A stretch of 64,000 nt of DNA from Rhizodiscina lignyota (taxonomy: Eukaryota). Positions 24,950-37,238 of this stretch are shown in pieces (positions within the stretch are counted from its first letter, which is position 1; each line of letters opens with the position of its first letter). The notes below the pieces were generated by a model. It was not told the DNA's origin and did not search any database. It worked only from the letters and a program-made list of their open reading frames with translations. The stretch spans positions 310,001 through 374,000 of the forward strand of contig ML978136.1 in NCBI GenBank assembly GCA_010015805.1, given 5' to 3'. The position numbers were made by a program, and so were the translations under genes.

Positions 24950-27030
24950 ATGGACCTTTCGGGGAGTCCGGTTGGTGAGTGTTCCTTTGAAGATGGAATG
25001 CATTTCACTATCTCAGATTTGTAGCAAGCATGTGAGAGCGTCGCTGTGGAAATATCAATCGCTGACCGAGTTTCTCATAGACTTGCCCGGCAGTACCGCC
25101 ACAGATCATGTTGGGGATTTGTTCTTATTCTCACCTGGTAAATGATATTTTGTTAAATTGTCACTACATTCCGATGGTGCATTTGCGTCCAAATTTGAGA
25201 TGCATCGAGTGGAGTACAAGCTGATGTCTCGGGCGCAGGCATCGACATGACAACCGCCTTGTCTGTATTCCAAGGGGTCAACGCGGAAGACATCGAGTTC
25301 ATCACAGCGCCATCGGGAAAACAGACTCGGCCGTTTATCGAACCGCTCACATTTGCACCCGAGCCGGAAGCTGTCGAATCTGCGAAGGATTTGCCTGAAA
25401 AGTCGCTCCGGGATGAGCTCGTCGCCATTTATTTCCGACACGTTCATCCACTCCTCCCAGTGATTGATGAGTATGAATTTGTGCGAATATATAAGTCCTG
25501 CTCGAACGAGGATGAGTTATCACAGCAGTTCGACATTATGCTGTTCCAAGCAATGATGTTCATGGCTTTCGCGTACATGGCGGAAGACCAACTCGCGCGC
25601 ACGCCGTACGAGTCCATTCCCCAAGCTCAGAAAGACATGATGGAGAAAGTGAAGATATTGTATTCTCTCAGGTCTACGACAGATCCTATCGTCTTGACCC
25701 AGGTCTGCCTCCTGCTCACATTCTGGAGCCCGTACGATTCAGACACCCAAGTAAACTGCTATTGGGTAGATCGTGCATTCCATCATGCGAGAACAGGCAG
25801 AATTTGGGATCCTGACAATGATAGCGGTACGATGCATTCCCGAAACAAAATAATCTGGTGGTGCTGTCTCAATCGAGACCGGCAGACTTCTTTCGCGCTC
25901 AGGCGCCTGCACCGAATGCGCGAAAACGACAGCGCCTGGACCCATGTCACAGAGCTTGATTTCGGGGCTGAAGCATTTATGCCGAGCTTCACTGATATTG
26001 AAGGCAAGAAAGCAATCATATCTGCGTTCATCTGGCTTTGCAAGCTAGGTGACCTTATTGCAGAGATTGGAATGTTCCAGCTGCATAGTCTGCTTGCGCG
26101 CGGGCAAGCCGGGGATACAACGGACTTGATGGCGGAAATGACTCGAATATCGGATTTTGAATACCAATTGCAGAGTTGGAGGAAGCAGTTCATGAACGAT
26201 AACCAACCGTACCTTGAAAAACCGATGCCGCAAATCAGTAAAGTCACGCTCCTGTTTCTTCAGGTAATCCATGCGTGAGTAGACCATCCCACATCTTTTT
26301 GCTACGTTGAGCTACTGTGCTTTGTTCTCTTTCAGCTCGTTGGCCATTTGCTCACTGCCTGCAGGTCTCTTGTCACTGCATTATATCGACCTTATTTGCA
26401 TATCAGTTCTCGAGATGGTCTATTTGAGTCCAGCATTCAGACGATGACCTTGAGAAAGATGAAAGAGACCTCTCCGAAACTCATAAAACGATTTGTGAAG
26501 ATGATATCTCATACGCCTATTCAAGATATTCCTCTCGCTGTGTGAGTTCCAGATCAAAACCACAAATCGATGGATTGAGGGCTAATTTCACAATCCGCCG
26601 TTCCAGAGTTGCATGGATCAATTTCCCTTTCGCTGTATGTCAGCTGGGACATCATTTCAACCATAAAGATCCCTACCTCCCTACAGCGATGCAAATGGAG
26701 GAGGTTATGTCCTTCTTCAGAGCCTTTAGTAGGAGATTTTCAGGAGCACTCACATCAACCACAATGATGCGAGCAGTTGGGCATCTGCTTGAGGGAAAGA
26801 AACCATCAGAAGAAGGCGAAAGGCTTGGGAAGAGACGAAGAACTAGTGTCGATACGGGAGTTTTCAAGCGTACAGCGGCAATTGGGGACCACAATGATAC
26901 TGGACTGGACACCGACGATGAGACTAGGCTTCTGGATGTGATAGCCGGATTTATCGACTTATCACTCGCTGCTGACGACAACATTCCTGCTGAAGCGTAT
27001 GGAACAGTTTCAGATCGCAGTTGGCACTAA
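24950..27030 (+). CDS. Fungal-specific transcription factor domain protein (CTF1/Far-like middle region); no Zn cluster seen; start uncertain
   Basis: YFRHVHPLLPVID, LFQAMMF, LTQVCLLLTFWSP, IWWCCLNRDRQ; two short 5' exons inferred from GT-AG sites. Confidence 0.8.
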
Positions 27031-27356
27031 ACCTAGGCAAATATCATAAATCGGATCTCGGCATGTAACTTGGTATCGCACCGGTTATCGACTTGCTGAA
27101 AACTGGCCGAAGAAGCACCTAGGTAAGATATAATAGTACCTTTACTCCGCATGAAGCAAAACTCACTTACAGATGCGCTAGCCTCGGATGGGTAGTCGAT
27201 CAACCAGCGAACAACTTGGAGCTGCCGACCATTATGCGAACGCCGATACCATCTATAAAAGTCAATCAACATTTTTGACCGAATATATTTATCACCTGAG
27301 ACTTTGTTCTCTCAGCATTTAACTTCCATTCTCATCATTTCCACATTTTGTTCAAC

Positions 27357-28670
27357 ATGAATGGCCAACAGAAATCCGGTCCCAGCGGCCTCTCTATCGA
27401 GCGCATAAAATGTGTTCTCTCAGACATCAACTCGAATGAGCTCTTAGCTGAACCAGCCAGCTTTGCCGATATCCGCCTGGCTCTCAAAGATGACGATCAT
27501 GAATACCGCATTGTCGTTGCGCACGGCGTTGTCGGCAGTATCGACAAGGACATGCCCATCATCTCACATCCAGTCGATGTTACCGTTGCAGCCTCAAGCT
27601 CTGCTTGGTCCAGCTATCTTAGTGAAACTCCACAGCCTGAATATGCAGATCTCATGGGAATGCCCACTGAGGGGTATGCTAAGATAACGGGTGACACGAC
27701 GAAGTTCTTTCAGCATATCACCCTCTTCACAAACCTGATGCGCGAGCTCGGACACAGAAAACCTTTGACTGTCGCGAACGGCGCGAAGAAACCCACAGCC
27801 TCGAAGGCTAATGGGCACATCGAATCTGTCGTCGGGCGATACGTCCATCTCTCGCTCGACGGCCATGACTATCGTATCTTCTATGAAGAAAGCGGACCAG
27901 CCGACGGAATCCCACTAGTACTCCTACACGCAGCTAACACGGACGCACGGATGTGGCGACACCAGCTCGGCGACCCTGAGCTTGCAGACAAGTACCGTCT
28001 CATTGCCTTCGACATGCCATGGCGTGGCCGTTCTGCACCTCCAGCAGAGTTGTTGCGTACAGAGTACCGCCTTAGCAACGATCTGTACCGGCGCATCATC
28101 CGTGGCTTCTGCGACACGTTGCAGCTCGACTTGCCAATCCTCGTGGGTTGCTCTATGGGCGGCTATATCTGCTTCTACTATGCATATCATGACACCGGGC
28201 GCTACCGAGGTTTCATTGCCGCGGCATGTCGGGACTTCGAGCAGCGTCGTTGGCTGCTGGAGAGCGTCTTCCGACATCCGAGTATCAGCTTCAGTCGCTT
28301 CCTGGCCGTCACGTCGGCGGGCTTTATGGCACCAATGGATCCTCCTGAACACGCAGATGAGACGGCGTGGCTCTATGAGACGGGAGCTCCACGAACTATT
28401 CGAGGGGACCTGGCATTTGCAGCACTGGATTGTGACGCGAGGCCTTTCATGGGCCAGATTGATACAACGAAGATACCCTTTTACGTATTGGGTGGTGAGT
28501 ACGATTGGTCCTGCACGAAGGAGCATACCGATGCAATCAAAAGTCGGATGCCGAGAGCTATTGTTGTAAGAATGGACGGAATCGGACATTTCCCACCGGA
28601 TGAGAATCCAGCTGTTTTCAAGAAGTATCTAGTGCCATGTCTGGAGGAGTTGATCGCAAATACAAGCTGA
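27357..28670 (+). CDS. Alpha/beta hydrolase with an N-terminal extension (possibly SCP2-like), intronless, 437 aa
   Basis: LVLLHAA, IAFDMPWRGRS, nucleophile elbow GCSMGG, acid GEYD, catalytic GIGHFP. Confidence 0.9.
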   Translation: MNGQQKSGPSGLSIERIKCVLSDINSNELLAEPASFADIRLALKDDDHEYRIVVAHGVVGSIDKDMPIISHPVDVTVAASSSAWSSYLSETPQPEYADLMGMPTEGYAKITGDTTKFFQHITLFTNLMRELGHRKPLTVANGAKKPTASKANGHIESVVGRYVHLSLDGHDYRIFYEESGPADGIPLVLLHAANTDARMWRHQLGDPELADKYRLIAFDMPWRGRSAPPAELLRTEYRLSNDLYRRIIRGFCDTLQLDLPILVGCSMGGYICFYYAYHDTGRYRGFIAAACRDFEQRRWLLESVFRHPSISFSRFLAVTSAGFMAPMDPPEHADETAWLYETGAPRTIRGDLAFAALDCDARPFMGQIDTTKIPFYVLGGEYDWSCTKEHTDAIKSRMPRAIVVRMDGIGHFPPDENPAVFKKYLVPCLEELIANTS

Positions 28671-29269
28671 GCCAATATGTAAAGTAACAAGGGGATTGAA
28701 GTGGCAATCATCTCTATCCCCAACCATTGTTGCATTGCATAAAGTATGCTCTATGTACGGAATGGAGGTTTGGACTCGGGTTTATCCAGCACATGCTGGA
28801 GAGAGATATCACCAAGCTCGAGGACACGCCAAAAAAAGGGGAGGGTATTTTGTGCAGGGTCCTCTAAATAAGACGAAATGTAATGGAGATGCAAAGATAT
28901 CAGTGAACTTCTCTGATAGTAATATTGGAATATCTGCATTCGACAAAAGGTGCAGGATGATGATTCCGTGTCTGAGGCAAGAGTTTAGGGATGAAGAACT
29001 GTGGCGCGCTAGTGCCGAAAGAGGCAAGCTACGTCGGAGCCACAAGAGCTAGGATATGTAGCCATCAAACGTCGTGTCCAAGAAAAAGTGGCCTCAAGCA
29101 CCACCTCCGTACTCCCACACTCCCACACCTCTCCTACTTTCTCCAGCGTGAGTCTTTGAACCCATTATCACCGCCAATCACGCGCGATAAAAGGCAAAAT
29201 CCAATTTCTTCTGAAGACTGCCAACACCCTACATTTCACGACGAGGCGCCTCGCGCACCACAACGCACA

Positions 29270-29899
29270 ATGGAGACTCCCGACACATTTACGCTGCTCC
29301 CACTGCGCCTCGACGCCGGCACGAAAGCGATTTCAAGCAGCCAGCCCAACCCGCCCTCATCACTAGCCGCCGAACTGCAATCCCTCAACACGCTGCACCG
29401 CTCGCTCCTCACGCTCGACACGCCGCACACCATCCCGCCGGCGCCCATCCCCGTGAACCCGAAGCGCAGCGCGCAGGTCAACAAGCTTCGAGAGTCCGGC
29501 AATGCCGACTTCCGCAAGGGCAAGTACGCCGAGGCGCTGAAGCTGTACACGCTGGGCATCGAAATGGCCGCGAGTCGGCCGCCGTGGGAGCCGTCCGGGC
29601 TGGTGAGGGAGGAGCTGGCGGGGCTGTATGCGAATCGCGCGCAGGCGCATATGGCGATGAGCCAGTGGCCTGAGGGGAGCATCGATGCGCAGTGCAGCGT
29701 GGAGTTGAAGAAGGTGGGGAATGCGAAGGCGTGGTGGAGGCGCGGGAGGTGTATGGTAGAGATGGGACGATTGGAGGAGGCGAGGGAGTGGGTGGAGGAG
29801 GGGCTGGAGTTTGAGGGTGGGGAGGCGGAGTTGAAGAGTTTGATGGGTGAGATTATGGAGTCGTTGGCGAGGAAGGAGAAGGCAAAGGGGAAGAAGTAG
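29270..29899 (+). CDS. SEC72: Translocation protein Sec72 (TPR)
   Basis: ELQSLNTLHRSL, PVNPKRSAQVNKLRESGN, RPPWEPSGLVREE, GNAKAWWRRGRC. Confidence 0.92.
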   Translation: METPDTFTLLPLRLDAGTKAISSSQPNPPSSLAAELQSLNTLHRSLLTLDTPHTIPPAPIPVNPKRSAQVNKLRESGNADFRKGKYAEALKLYTLGIEMAASRPPWEPSGLVREELAGLYANRAQAHMAMSQWPEGSIDAQCSVELKKVGNAKAWWRRGRCMVEMGRLEEAREWVEEGLEFEGGEAELKSLMGEIMESLARKEKAKGKK

Positions 29900-30406
29900 G
29901 GGGTCGGCCGATGGCGAAAGGGGGAGATGAAAACAGTAGAATCATTGGACGAGTCGAGAGTCAATAGGGAACTTTGATGGACTTGAGCATTTTAGAGTTG
30001 GGATACCACCATTGCACGGCGTTTGGGGCGACACGGGCCAACAGCATCACGACGAAGTGTTCTGTACGATAGGATATTTTGTATTGATATGCTCAAGATC
30101 AGTCTTTGACAGACGACGGCCGCAAGAACTGCGCGAATTCCAAGTTGAACTCGTTTTTGGATTTTTTATATCATTTTGTCATGCTAATTCGTAAAGTGCT
30201 TCTGGAGCGAAAGGAGTGACCATATCTGAACCGAAATGTGTGAAGAACCGAAAGAGTCGCACGGTTTCATGAAGCCGCTGACTATGATATATAATGCAAA
30301 CAATATGTATGGTTGTGACATCAACAGCGTAGCCTTGGAAGGCGCCAGAGGCTAGAACTTGGCGCCACTTGAGGTCGAAGGGAGGCAGGAGACACGAGCG
30401 ATAAAA

Positions 30407-30830
30407 TCAGGCGCGCCTCTCCGAGTTCGTCATCGAGGTGCCAGAGGCTTCGCTACCTATGATATATCACTGTCAGCATCCAGCGTATCAAACCTGGACA
30501 GTGGCACTTCTGTATGTATAGAGACTGCATACCTGCCGGTCGAGTATCCTTAGTGCAATGGCCATTGCCAGATGCAGCCTTGGTAGGGCCAACAGGGTTG
30601 GAAGCGCTTGTACGGCGCTCACCGTTCGCATTGCCAGCGCCTTTCTTGGAAGAGATGGAGTTGTCCCAAACAGGATATGGCGTCTGACAAAACGATTAAC
30701 AGACGAAGCTAAACCGTGGCATCATGGTATTGCTTGCCATTGTAGATGATGGCACCCATTCTCCAGAGTGAGCAGTGATGCCTTGAGTCGACTCCTCCGT
30801 CGGGGAACTCTGTCCTGTATCACCAGGCAT
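30407..30830 (-). CDS. Predicted 97-aa low-complexity orphan protein, 3 exons, absent from the ORF track
   Basis: TATAAA at about 30936-30941 and a CT-rich leader. Exons 30830-30738, 30683-30533 and 30456-30407; a GC-AG and a GT-AG intron with plausible branch sites; frame stays open. Confidence 0.5.
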
Positions 30831-32653
30831 TGCCAAGCTTGCGAACTTATGCTTTTATGGAATGATCAAGTAAGAGTAATGAGAATGTCGGAGTGCACCG
30901 AGAAGGAGAGAGAGGAAAGCAAGCAAAGAGCCATCTTTATAGACGTCTGATGAAACCCGAGCTCGCTATCGCGAAATCCAGCAGGGTGGAGTCTCGCATG
31001 TACTAAGTATCTCCCTGGTCATTGTGAAAATGTGCTCCTGTACGACTGAGAGAGGAGATGACTGAAGCTATGAGGATTGTTACACAGGAAAGATTGCAGA
31101 CGAGCGACTGCTGCGTCAAGGGGAGTCTCCGTGGTCCAAGTGATTTTCTACTTTTCTCCGCGCGTCTGGAAGTGGTGACTTGACATCGTGAGAACGTCAT
31201 GTGCAACGGTGAGTTGGGAAGGATACTTGCATATAGCTGCTGCATATTTGGAATAGTACTGATTCAAAAGCCGAAGAATATCGTAAATGTTGCGTTCGCG
31301 CTAGGGGGCCTGCTTCAATCCGGTTAATCTGAGATAATGCAAGTTGTCGCGAATCGAAGCAATTAAAGGATTCCCAGGCTGATGCCAAAAAAGGCAGTCG
31401 AGAGCTCGTTGGTGCCACCAAGGCAGATTCCAGCGCAAATGTCTTTGCTTTTCTTTACGCCAATGACCCTGACAAGCGCCATTGAGGATCTAGAAAGTCG
31501 GAGCTGATGAGCATCGCCACTCAGCTCCTTCAGCTAAACCTGCTTTAGATGCGCGTCAACGTCATTGTGGTGTACGGTCTGACGGAAGGCATGTGATGGA
31601 TGTAGACTTAGTTTCGCTGCCGATGATGTTTCATAATGGCGTGAATGGTCTGGGCGTGCGGTCCGTTCCGCCTGCCTAAAATTGCTGGATACATTTGTGG
31701 TGGACATCCATACAAAGGGTTTGTGGGGTGTTTACCCACCCACGTGGAATCGAGCTAGACGCTGTAGTAGCAAACTTTAACCGTACCACGGCCGACAGGT
31801 ACGACCTTGGAACATGAGCGGCCCGCTCTCCCGATTGAGATATGTACAACGCATGAGACAAGAGGACATATTTGGGAGGTAACGCACCTTCTGATGTCTT
31901 GCATGGAGGAACCTTTTAGTTACCGAATGCGTAAGTGTTCCTGCAGGTACGTCAAAAGGTTCCATGTATGTAGAACTTTAAAACGTGGACGCAAGGACTG
32001 GAGTTTAACGTGGAAATTCGATGACATGCGCAGTCTCTGTTATACGAGATCGTGGCCGGAGAGAGTCATTGTTTGCGGACGTGAGCCATTTTGAGCATAG
32101 AGCAAAGTTGATCGCGATGCAAGCCTGGGGAGCATGTGCTGCAATTACAGGGGGCCGAGGGAAGCGTTAAGACAGTGGATATTACACCTGCAAGTTCCCG
32201 TTCGCTAACCCCGACATTGCGATTTTATTATCTCTCCGGACGTAGTGTAAGACTCAGTGTTGTGATGTGATATCAATGTCATGAAGGCATGAAAAGCAAA
32301 TGCTTTTATTGAATTTGAGGAGAAAGGTAAAAAGAGAAGCTGAAATGTGAAGCAGTACCACCTGCTGAGAGAAGTTAATGATCCTGTATGCTAGAAGGTA
32401 TATAGTGACTGATGCGTAGCACATATCGTTCTGAATTTTGGATGCATGCCGCTGAAAAGAGACGCAGTCTCGGGAAAATCTTTAGACTGTAGCCAAGGGC
32501 TAGAGTGGAGCCGCCTACATTTGCTATGAAATGCAATGTACTCCTACAGGATCATCATATGTTGTACGAAAATAACGCCTCGGAGCTCCAAAATATACGA
32601 GAGGGATATAGCGCTAAAAATGCAAGGCATCGAAACCAGATAAGAACCGTCTA

Positions 32654-33662
32654 TCATTGATGATCTGGCCCAGGGTAGGCGTAATTGTTCGGTCTGAAGC
32701 TGTCGTACGAATTGTGTTGGTCGTACTCTGCTGGGCTAAGCGCGGTTGGAGCTGAATAGTTGTAGTCGTGCTCTACCTGCCCAACGTAGCTTGCCGGCTG
32801 AGGAATTGTCACCCATGGTTGACCAGGATGTCGTCCATCGTCGGTTTCTGTTGACTGCAGTAGTTGGTGCTCATCTTCTTCTTGGCCTTCAGGTCTTAGA
32901 GTGTGTGCTCCGTCATCCGACTCGTGATCACCGTGATCATTGACGTCGCTTGACCACGCGTCTTTCGTCTGCGCTTCGATCGAGGATGGCTCTTGGTAGG
33001 TTACCGGCTTTGCGTTCTCCCAAGGCAGTCCCTCGCCCTTCTTCCATCTTATGATGAAGTAGACTGAAATGGTGCTGGATGCGACCCATAAGAGCCTAAG
33101 TGGTTTATGCAATTAGCACTCCCAATCCGTGTCGACGATTGCTGGTTTTATCCAGGGGCTTACCAAATAACAGCTCCCAGGCCGACGGCCGCCTTCGCCA
33201 GCTCACACTTCTTCTCATTGCCGTACGCGAAAATTGTACAATTCCCACTTCCACCGACCTTCTTGTCCTTTGCACCTTGTTTTTCCCCGTCTGTGATCCA
33301 CACGGCCAGCGCGATGAATGCGGAAAACCAAAAGATGGTGAAAACAACGTCCACAGCAGCAAGGGCAAAGGCGTTGGCGAATCGCACTGTTCGCTGCCAC
33401 ATGGGCGTCATGATAAGAAAGACCCAGGCTGGAATGCAGAGGAAAGCCTACGCGGGATCGTCAGTGCAAATGTTCCAGCTCACAGCCCTTGTGCTCCTGC
33501 GCTTACCACCGCGCAATACCACTTCCCTCTACCGTCAGAGTGACCGTTCTGCACGAACATCGCAATGAGGACACAGAGAGCAACGAATACGAAGAGTGCC
33601 TGAACACAGTGGGTGGCTATTTTGCCCTTTTGCAGCTTGGTGAGCTGCAGCCTTCCTAACAT
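32654..33662 (-). CDS. MARVEL-domain membrane protein, 3 exons
   Basis: Four hydrophobic segments (HCVQALFVFVALCV; AVDVVFTIFWFSAFIALAVW; CELAKAAVGLGAVIWLLW) and an acidic tail. Confidence 0.82.
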
Positions 33663-34406
33663 CTTGTCGACTGTTTCTCAAGTCCGGCGTTCGAGGAGAG
33701 GGGACGAAGCTGAGGCGAGGTTGGGCAGGCACACTGGAGAAACAAGTCGAACAGAAGTAAAAGGTACTGTATGGAGTGTACGGTCAATCGACCTGCGTGT
33801 AAAGAGTGGAAGGCATAAGGCAATTAAAGAGGGGGAGCTGATGGTGGATGTGGCTCAGCCTTCTCTCTTGTCGAATTTCCGTGGCGCCAACCTCGAAGCC
33901 GCGTGCGCGACGACGTTACCCCATTCGGCATAAGAGTTAGGGGACCGGCCTTGCGCTTAAAATAGACGTGCCACGCGCAATCTCGACAGGGCTATCGTCG
34001 ATCTGCCGCGATGTAGCGCGAGCTGTGCAAAGCGAACTCCTTTTCGCTCTCTTTTCCCGTCGAAATTGCGAGGCAAAAGTGACCCTGACCTCGGGAGTTC
34101 CGGGGAGCAGTCGGAGTATGATATCACACAGCTGTCATGGCTAGACACACAGCACAGCACTCACTAGCCGGCAGGCTGTGAGACATGTCCGAAGTGGCTC
34201 AGTCCTGCAGCCGATCAAAGGTGCCTTGGCCTGAGCGCTCATGGTCGAAGTGAGCCGGCTCGGTCAAACATAGCTCCGCATGCAAGATCAATCGTGGGGC
34301 ATCGAACTTTTCGAGATGGCAATGTGGGATGTTCTCCATTCTCTCCATTCACATCCACATCGGTTCCTAGCAGATTCAGTAGACCGTCTGGTCCCCGTAC
34401 GCCAAG

Positions 34407-36152
34407 ATGGCGACCATGACGGTCACGGAGACGGGCACCAAGCCTGGCAGACTTCCCAAAAATGTCAAGCTGCCACCTGAGAACGAGCGATACATGCGAG
34501 CATGCGCCGACATTGCGAACGCCCTCATTCAAGACTACGAGTCGCAATTGGATAGCACAAAGCCGAAGAAGGATCTCAATCTCAATGCTCTGCGCGGTCA
34601 AATGTCGAAGAAGCACCATTTGAGCACTCAACCGCCTCTGACTGCCATTATCGCCGCCGTGCCAGAACATTACAAGAAATATATCCTACCAAAGCTCATA
34701 GCTAAACCAATACGAACATCATCTGGTATTGCAGTCGTAGCTGTAATGTGCAAACCCCACCGATGTCCTCATATCTCCTACACCGGCAACATTTGCGTAT
34801 ACTGTCCTGGAGGGCCAGACTCCGACTTTGAGTACTCGACCCAATCATACACTGGCTATGAGCCCACATCCATGCGCGCCATTCGAGCACGGTATGACCC
34901 CTACGAACAAGCCCGTGGTAGAGTCGATCAGATCAAGGCTTTGGGACATAGCGTGGACAAGGTAGAATACATCATCATGGGCGGGACGTTCATGTCGCTA
35001 CCCGAGTCATACCGGGAGGACTTCATAGCGCAACTACACAATGCGCTGAGCGGATATAGTACTAGCGATGTCGACGAGGCCGTTACAGCAGGCGAGCAGA
35101 GTACCATAAAGTGCGTCGGCATCACCATCGAAACAAGACCAGACTACTGTCTCGACACACATCTCTCGTCAATGCTCCGATATGGCTGTACGCGCCTCGA
35201 AATAGGCGTACAATCTCTCTACGAGGACGTCGCACGCGACACGAACCGAGGCCACACTGTCGCTGCAGTCTGCAAGACCTTCAGTCTTGCCAAAGATGCT
35301 GGCTTCAAGGTCGTTTCGCATATGATGCCAGACCTACCCAATGTCGGCATGGAGCGTGACATGGACCAATTCCGGGAATACTTCGAGAACCCCGCGTTCC
35401 GCACAGATGGGTTGAAGATATATCCCACGCTCGTGATTCGCGGCACAGGTCTATACGAGCTGTGGCGCACGGGACGGTACAAGAATTATACGCCAAACGC
35501 ACTGGTAGATCTTGTTGCGAGGATCTTGGCGCTGGTTCCGCCATGGACGAGGATTTATAGAGTTCAGAGAGATATCCCGATGCCACTCGTCACTGCTGGC
35601 GTCGAAAATGGAAATCTGAGAGAATTGGCGTTGGCACGGATGAAGGATTTCGGTACAACATGCCGAGATGTCCGAACGCGAGAGGTGGGAATTAATGAAG
35701 TTAAGAACAAAATAAGGCCAAGCCAAGTAGAGCTTGTACGTAGGGACTATGCGGCAAATGGCGGTTGGGAGACATTCCTGGCGTATGAGGATCCGAAACA
35801 GGATATCCTCATTGCTCTACTACGATTGCGGAAGTGCAGCGAGGAGCACACCTTCAGGCCCGAGTTGGCCGGACAGCCCACAAGCTTGGTAAGGGAACTG
35901 CACGTATACGGAAGCGCGGTCCCGGTGCATGCACGAGACCCGAAGAAGTTCCAGCACCAAGGATATGGGACATTGCTCATGGAAGAAGCGGAGCGAATAG
36001 CCAAATATGAGCACGGAAGCTCGAAGATTGCTGTCATCAGCGGCGTCGGCGTGAGGAGTTATTATGCTAGGTTGGGTTATGAGCTAGATGGACCATATAT
36101 GAGCAAGGATTTGACGAGGCCCACGGAAGAAGATGACTCTGACGATGAATGA
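34407..36152 (+). CDS. ELP3: Elongator complex catalytic subunit (radical SAM plus GNAT), intronless
   Basis: [61 protein letters not shown]. Confidence 0.98.
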   Translation: MATMTVTETGTKPGRLPKNVKLPPENERYMRACADIANALIQDYESQLDSTKPKKDLNLNALRGQMSKKHHLSTQPPLTAIIAAVPEHYKKYILPKLIAKPIRTSSGIAVVAVMCKPHRCPHISYTGNICVYCPGGPDSDFEYSTQSYTGYEPTSMRAIRARYDPYEQARGRVDQIKALGHSVDKVEYIIMGGTFMSLPESYREDFIAQLHNALSGYSTSDVDEAVTAGEQSTIKCVGITIETRPDYCLDTHLSSMLRYGCTRLEIGVQSLYEDVARDTNRGHTVAAVCKTFSLAKDAGFKVVSHMMPDLPNVGMERDMDQFREYFENPAFRTDGLKIYPTLVIRGTGLYELWRTGRYKNYTPNALVDLVARILALVPPWTRIYRVQRDIPMPLVTAGVENGNLRELALARMKDFGTTCRDVRTREVGINEVKNKIRPSQVELVRRDYAANGGWETFLAYEDPKQDILIALLRLRKCSEEHTFRPELAGQPTSLVRELHVYGSAVPVHARDPKKFQHQGYGTLLMEEAERIAKYEHGSSKIAVISGVGVRSYYARLGYELDGPYMSKDLTRPTEEDDSDDE

Positions 36153-36504
36153 GTCTGTTGGAAGGTTGTATTGGTGGCGTTCCTGCATTGTCGGCGTTTG
36201 AGCATAAAACATCAGCCAGATGCATTGGCTTGTACAAATAAATTATGATATCCAAAATGCTTCAGAAAGGATCGCTCGCAAATGCAGTGTGTCCTTCCGA
36301 GAGTATATACAACTCAAGACGGCCCACATTGGCCCCATGGAGCTTCTCACTTCTCCGTTCGGTACTGTTCAAATCAACGCCGGCCAAAACGCCAACCCAT
36401 ACAAACATTCCATGGTGTATTGACCTGCTCGCATCGCGTGATCCTCTATCACCATAATGGATATAAAAACGTTCGACGAGTTCCTCATAATCCACCACCA
36501 GTGC

Positions 36505-36989
36505 TTATTGAAGAGATATCGCCCCCCGCCTCGACTCGCGGATGTGCAGAAATGCTTGGCTGGCGCAGAAAATGAGGAATACACCGTACACTCCAACGGC
36601 ACCGAATACAGATGCGGCGACCGCGCTGCCGTCTTCGGGGTCCTTGGTTGAGCCCATTACAGCGTGGTTGTTTGACTGTTGCGGAGTACGCTCCGTCAGC
36701 GAGTTCCCTTTAGAAGCAGTGAGAGTATTCCACGGCTGAACTAGACACATTGAACTTATAGCGATGGGGATGGAGGGATCGCATGAACGTGCAACAAATA
36801 GGCAGCAGTTGGAGTTTCGAAGAGCGGTTCGGACAAACCTTGAACATTGAGCCCAGAATCGAGAGGATTACGATCGCGAAGACGGATATGACAATACTGC
36901 ATCAGAATCAACCTCCATAGAGCTCACTTTAGGGTCAATGATAAGTCATACCATGTCCATGCATTCATAGCAGAGACGACCGGTTTCAT
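36505..36989 (-). CDS. V-ATPase V0 subunit f / RNase kappa-like small membrane protein, 3 exons
   Basis: Spliced MKPVVSAMNAWTCIVISVFAIVILSILGSMFKSNNHAVMGSTKDPEDGSAVAASVFGAVGVYGVFLIFCASQAFLHIRESRRGAISLQ; two TM helices; resembles yeast YPR170W-B. Confidence 0.85.
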
Positions 36990-37201
36990 GGTGGCGGTTG
37001 TTATCTGCGGCGCCGGAGGTAGGGCGGAGAGGGCGGTGGGAGTGTGGCGAGAAGTCTTGAAGGCCTGATGGGAGCTGAGCAAGTTGGAAGAGCCGGAGAG
37101 ATGAGGCCCAGCGGGCAGAAGAAAAAGGGTCGATGAAGATGGAGGATCGCGGCGTAGCGAAGCCGGTGACGGGAGCATGGGACTTTGATGTGAGACGTCA
37201 G

Positions 37202-37238
37202 GCTGGAGGCTTGGCGCTGGAGGCTTGGCGCTGGAGGC
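37202..37238. repeat. Tandem repeat, 14-bp unit, about 2.6 copies
   Basis: gctggaggcttggc gctggaggcttggc gctggaggc. Confidence 0.8.

Noticed and set aside
22103..27230. Shared 9-mer CTGCCGACC in the flavoprotein and hydrolase promoters
   Set aside because: Only two copies, and I did not see it in the other cluster promoters; chance cannot be excluded.
29236..29964. 242-aa antisense ORF over SEC72, and similar shadows at 27924-28589, 47928-48509, 51665-52195 and 53606-54304
   Set aside because: Explained by codon bias of the real gene; no motifs of their own.
31500..31590. Box C/D snoRNA (TGATGA...CTGA)
   Set aside because: No convincing terminal stem or recognisable rRNA guide sequence.
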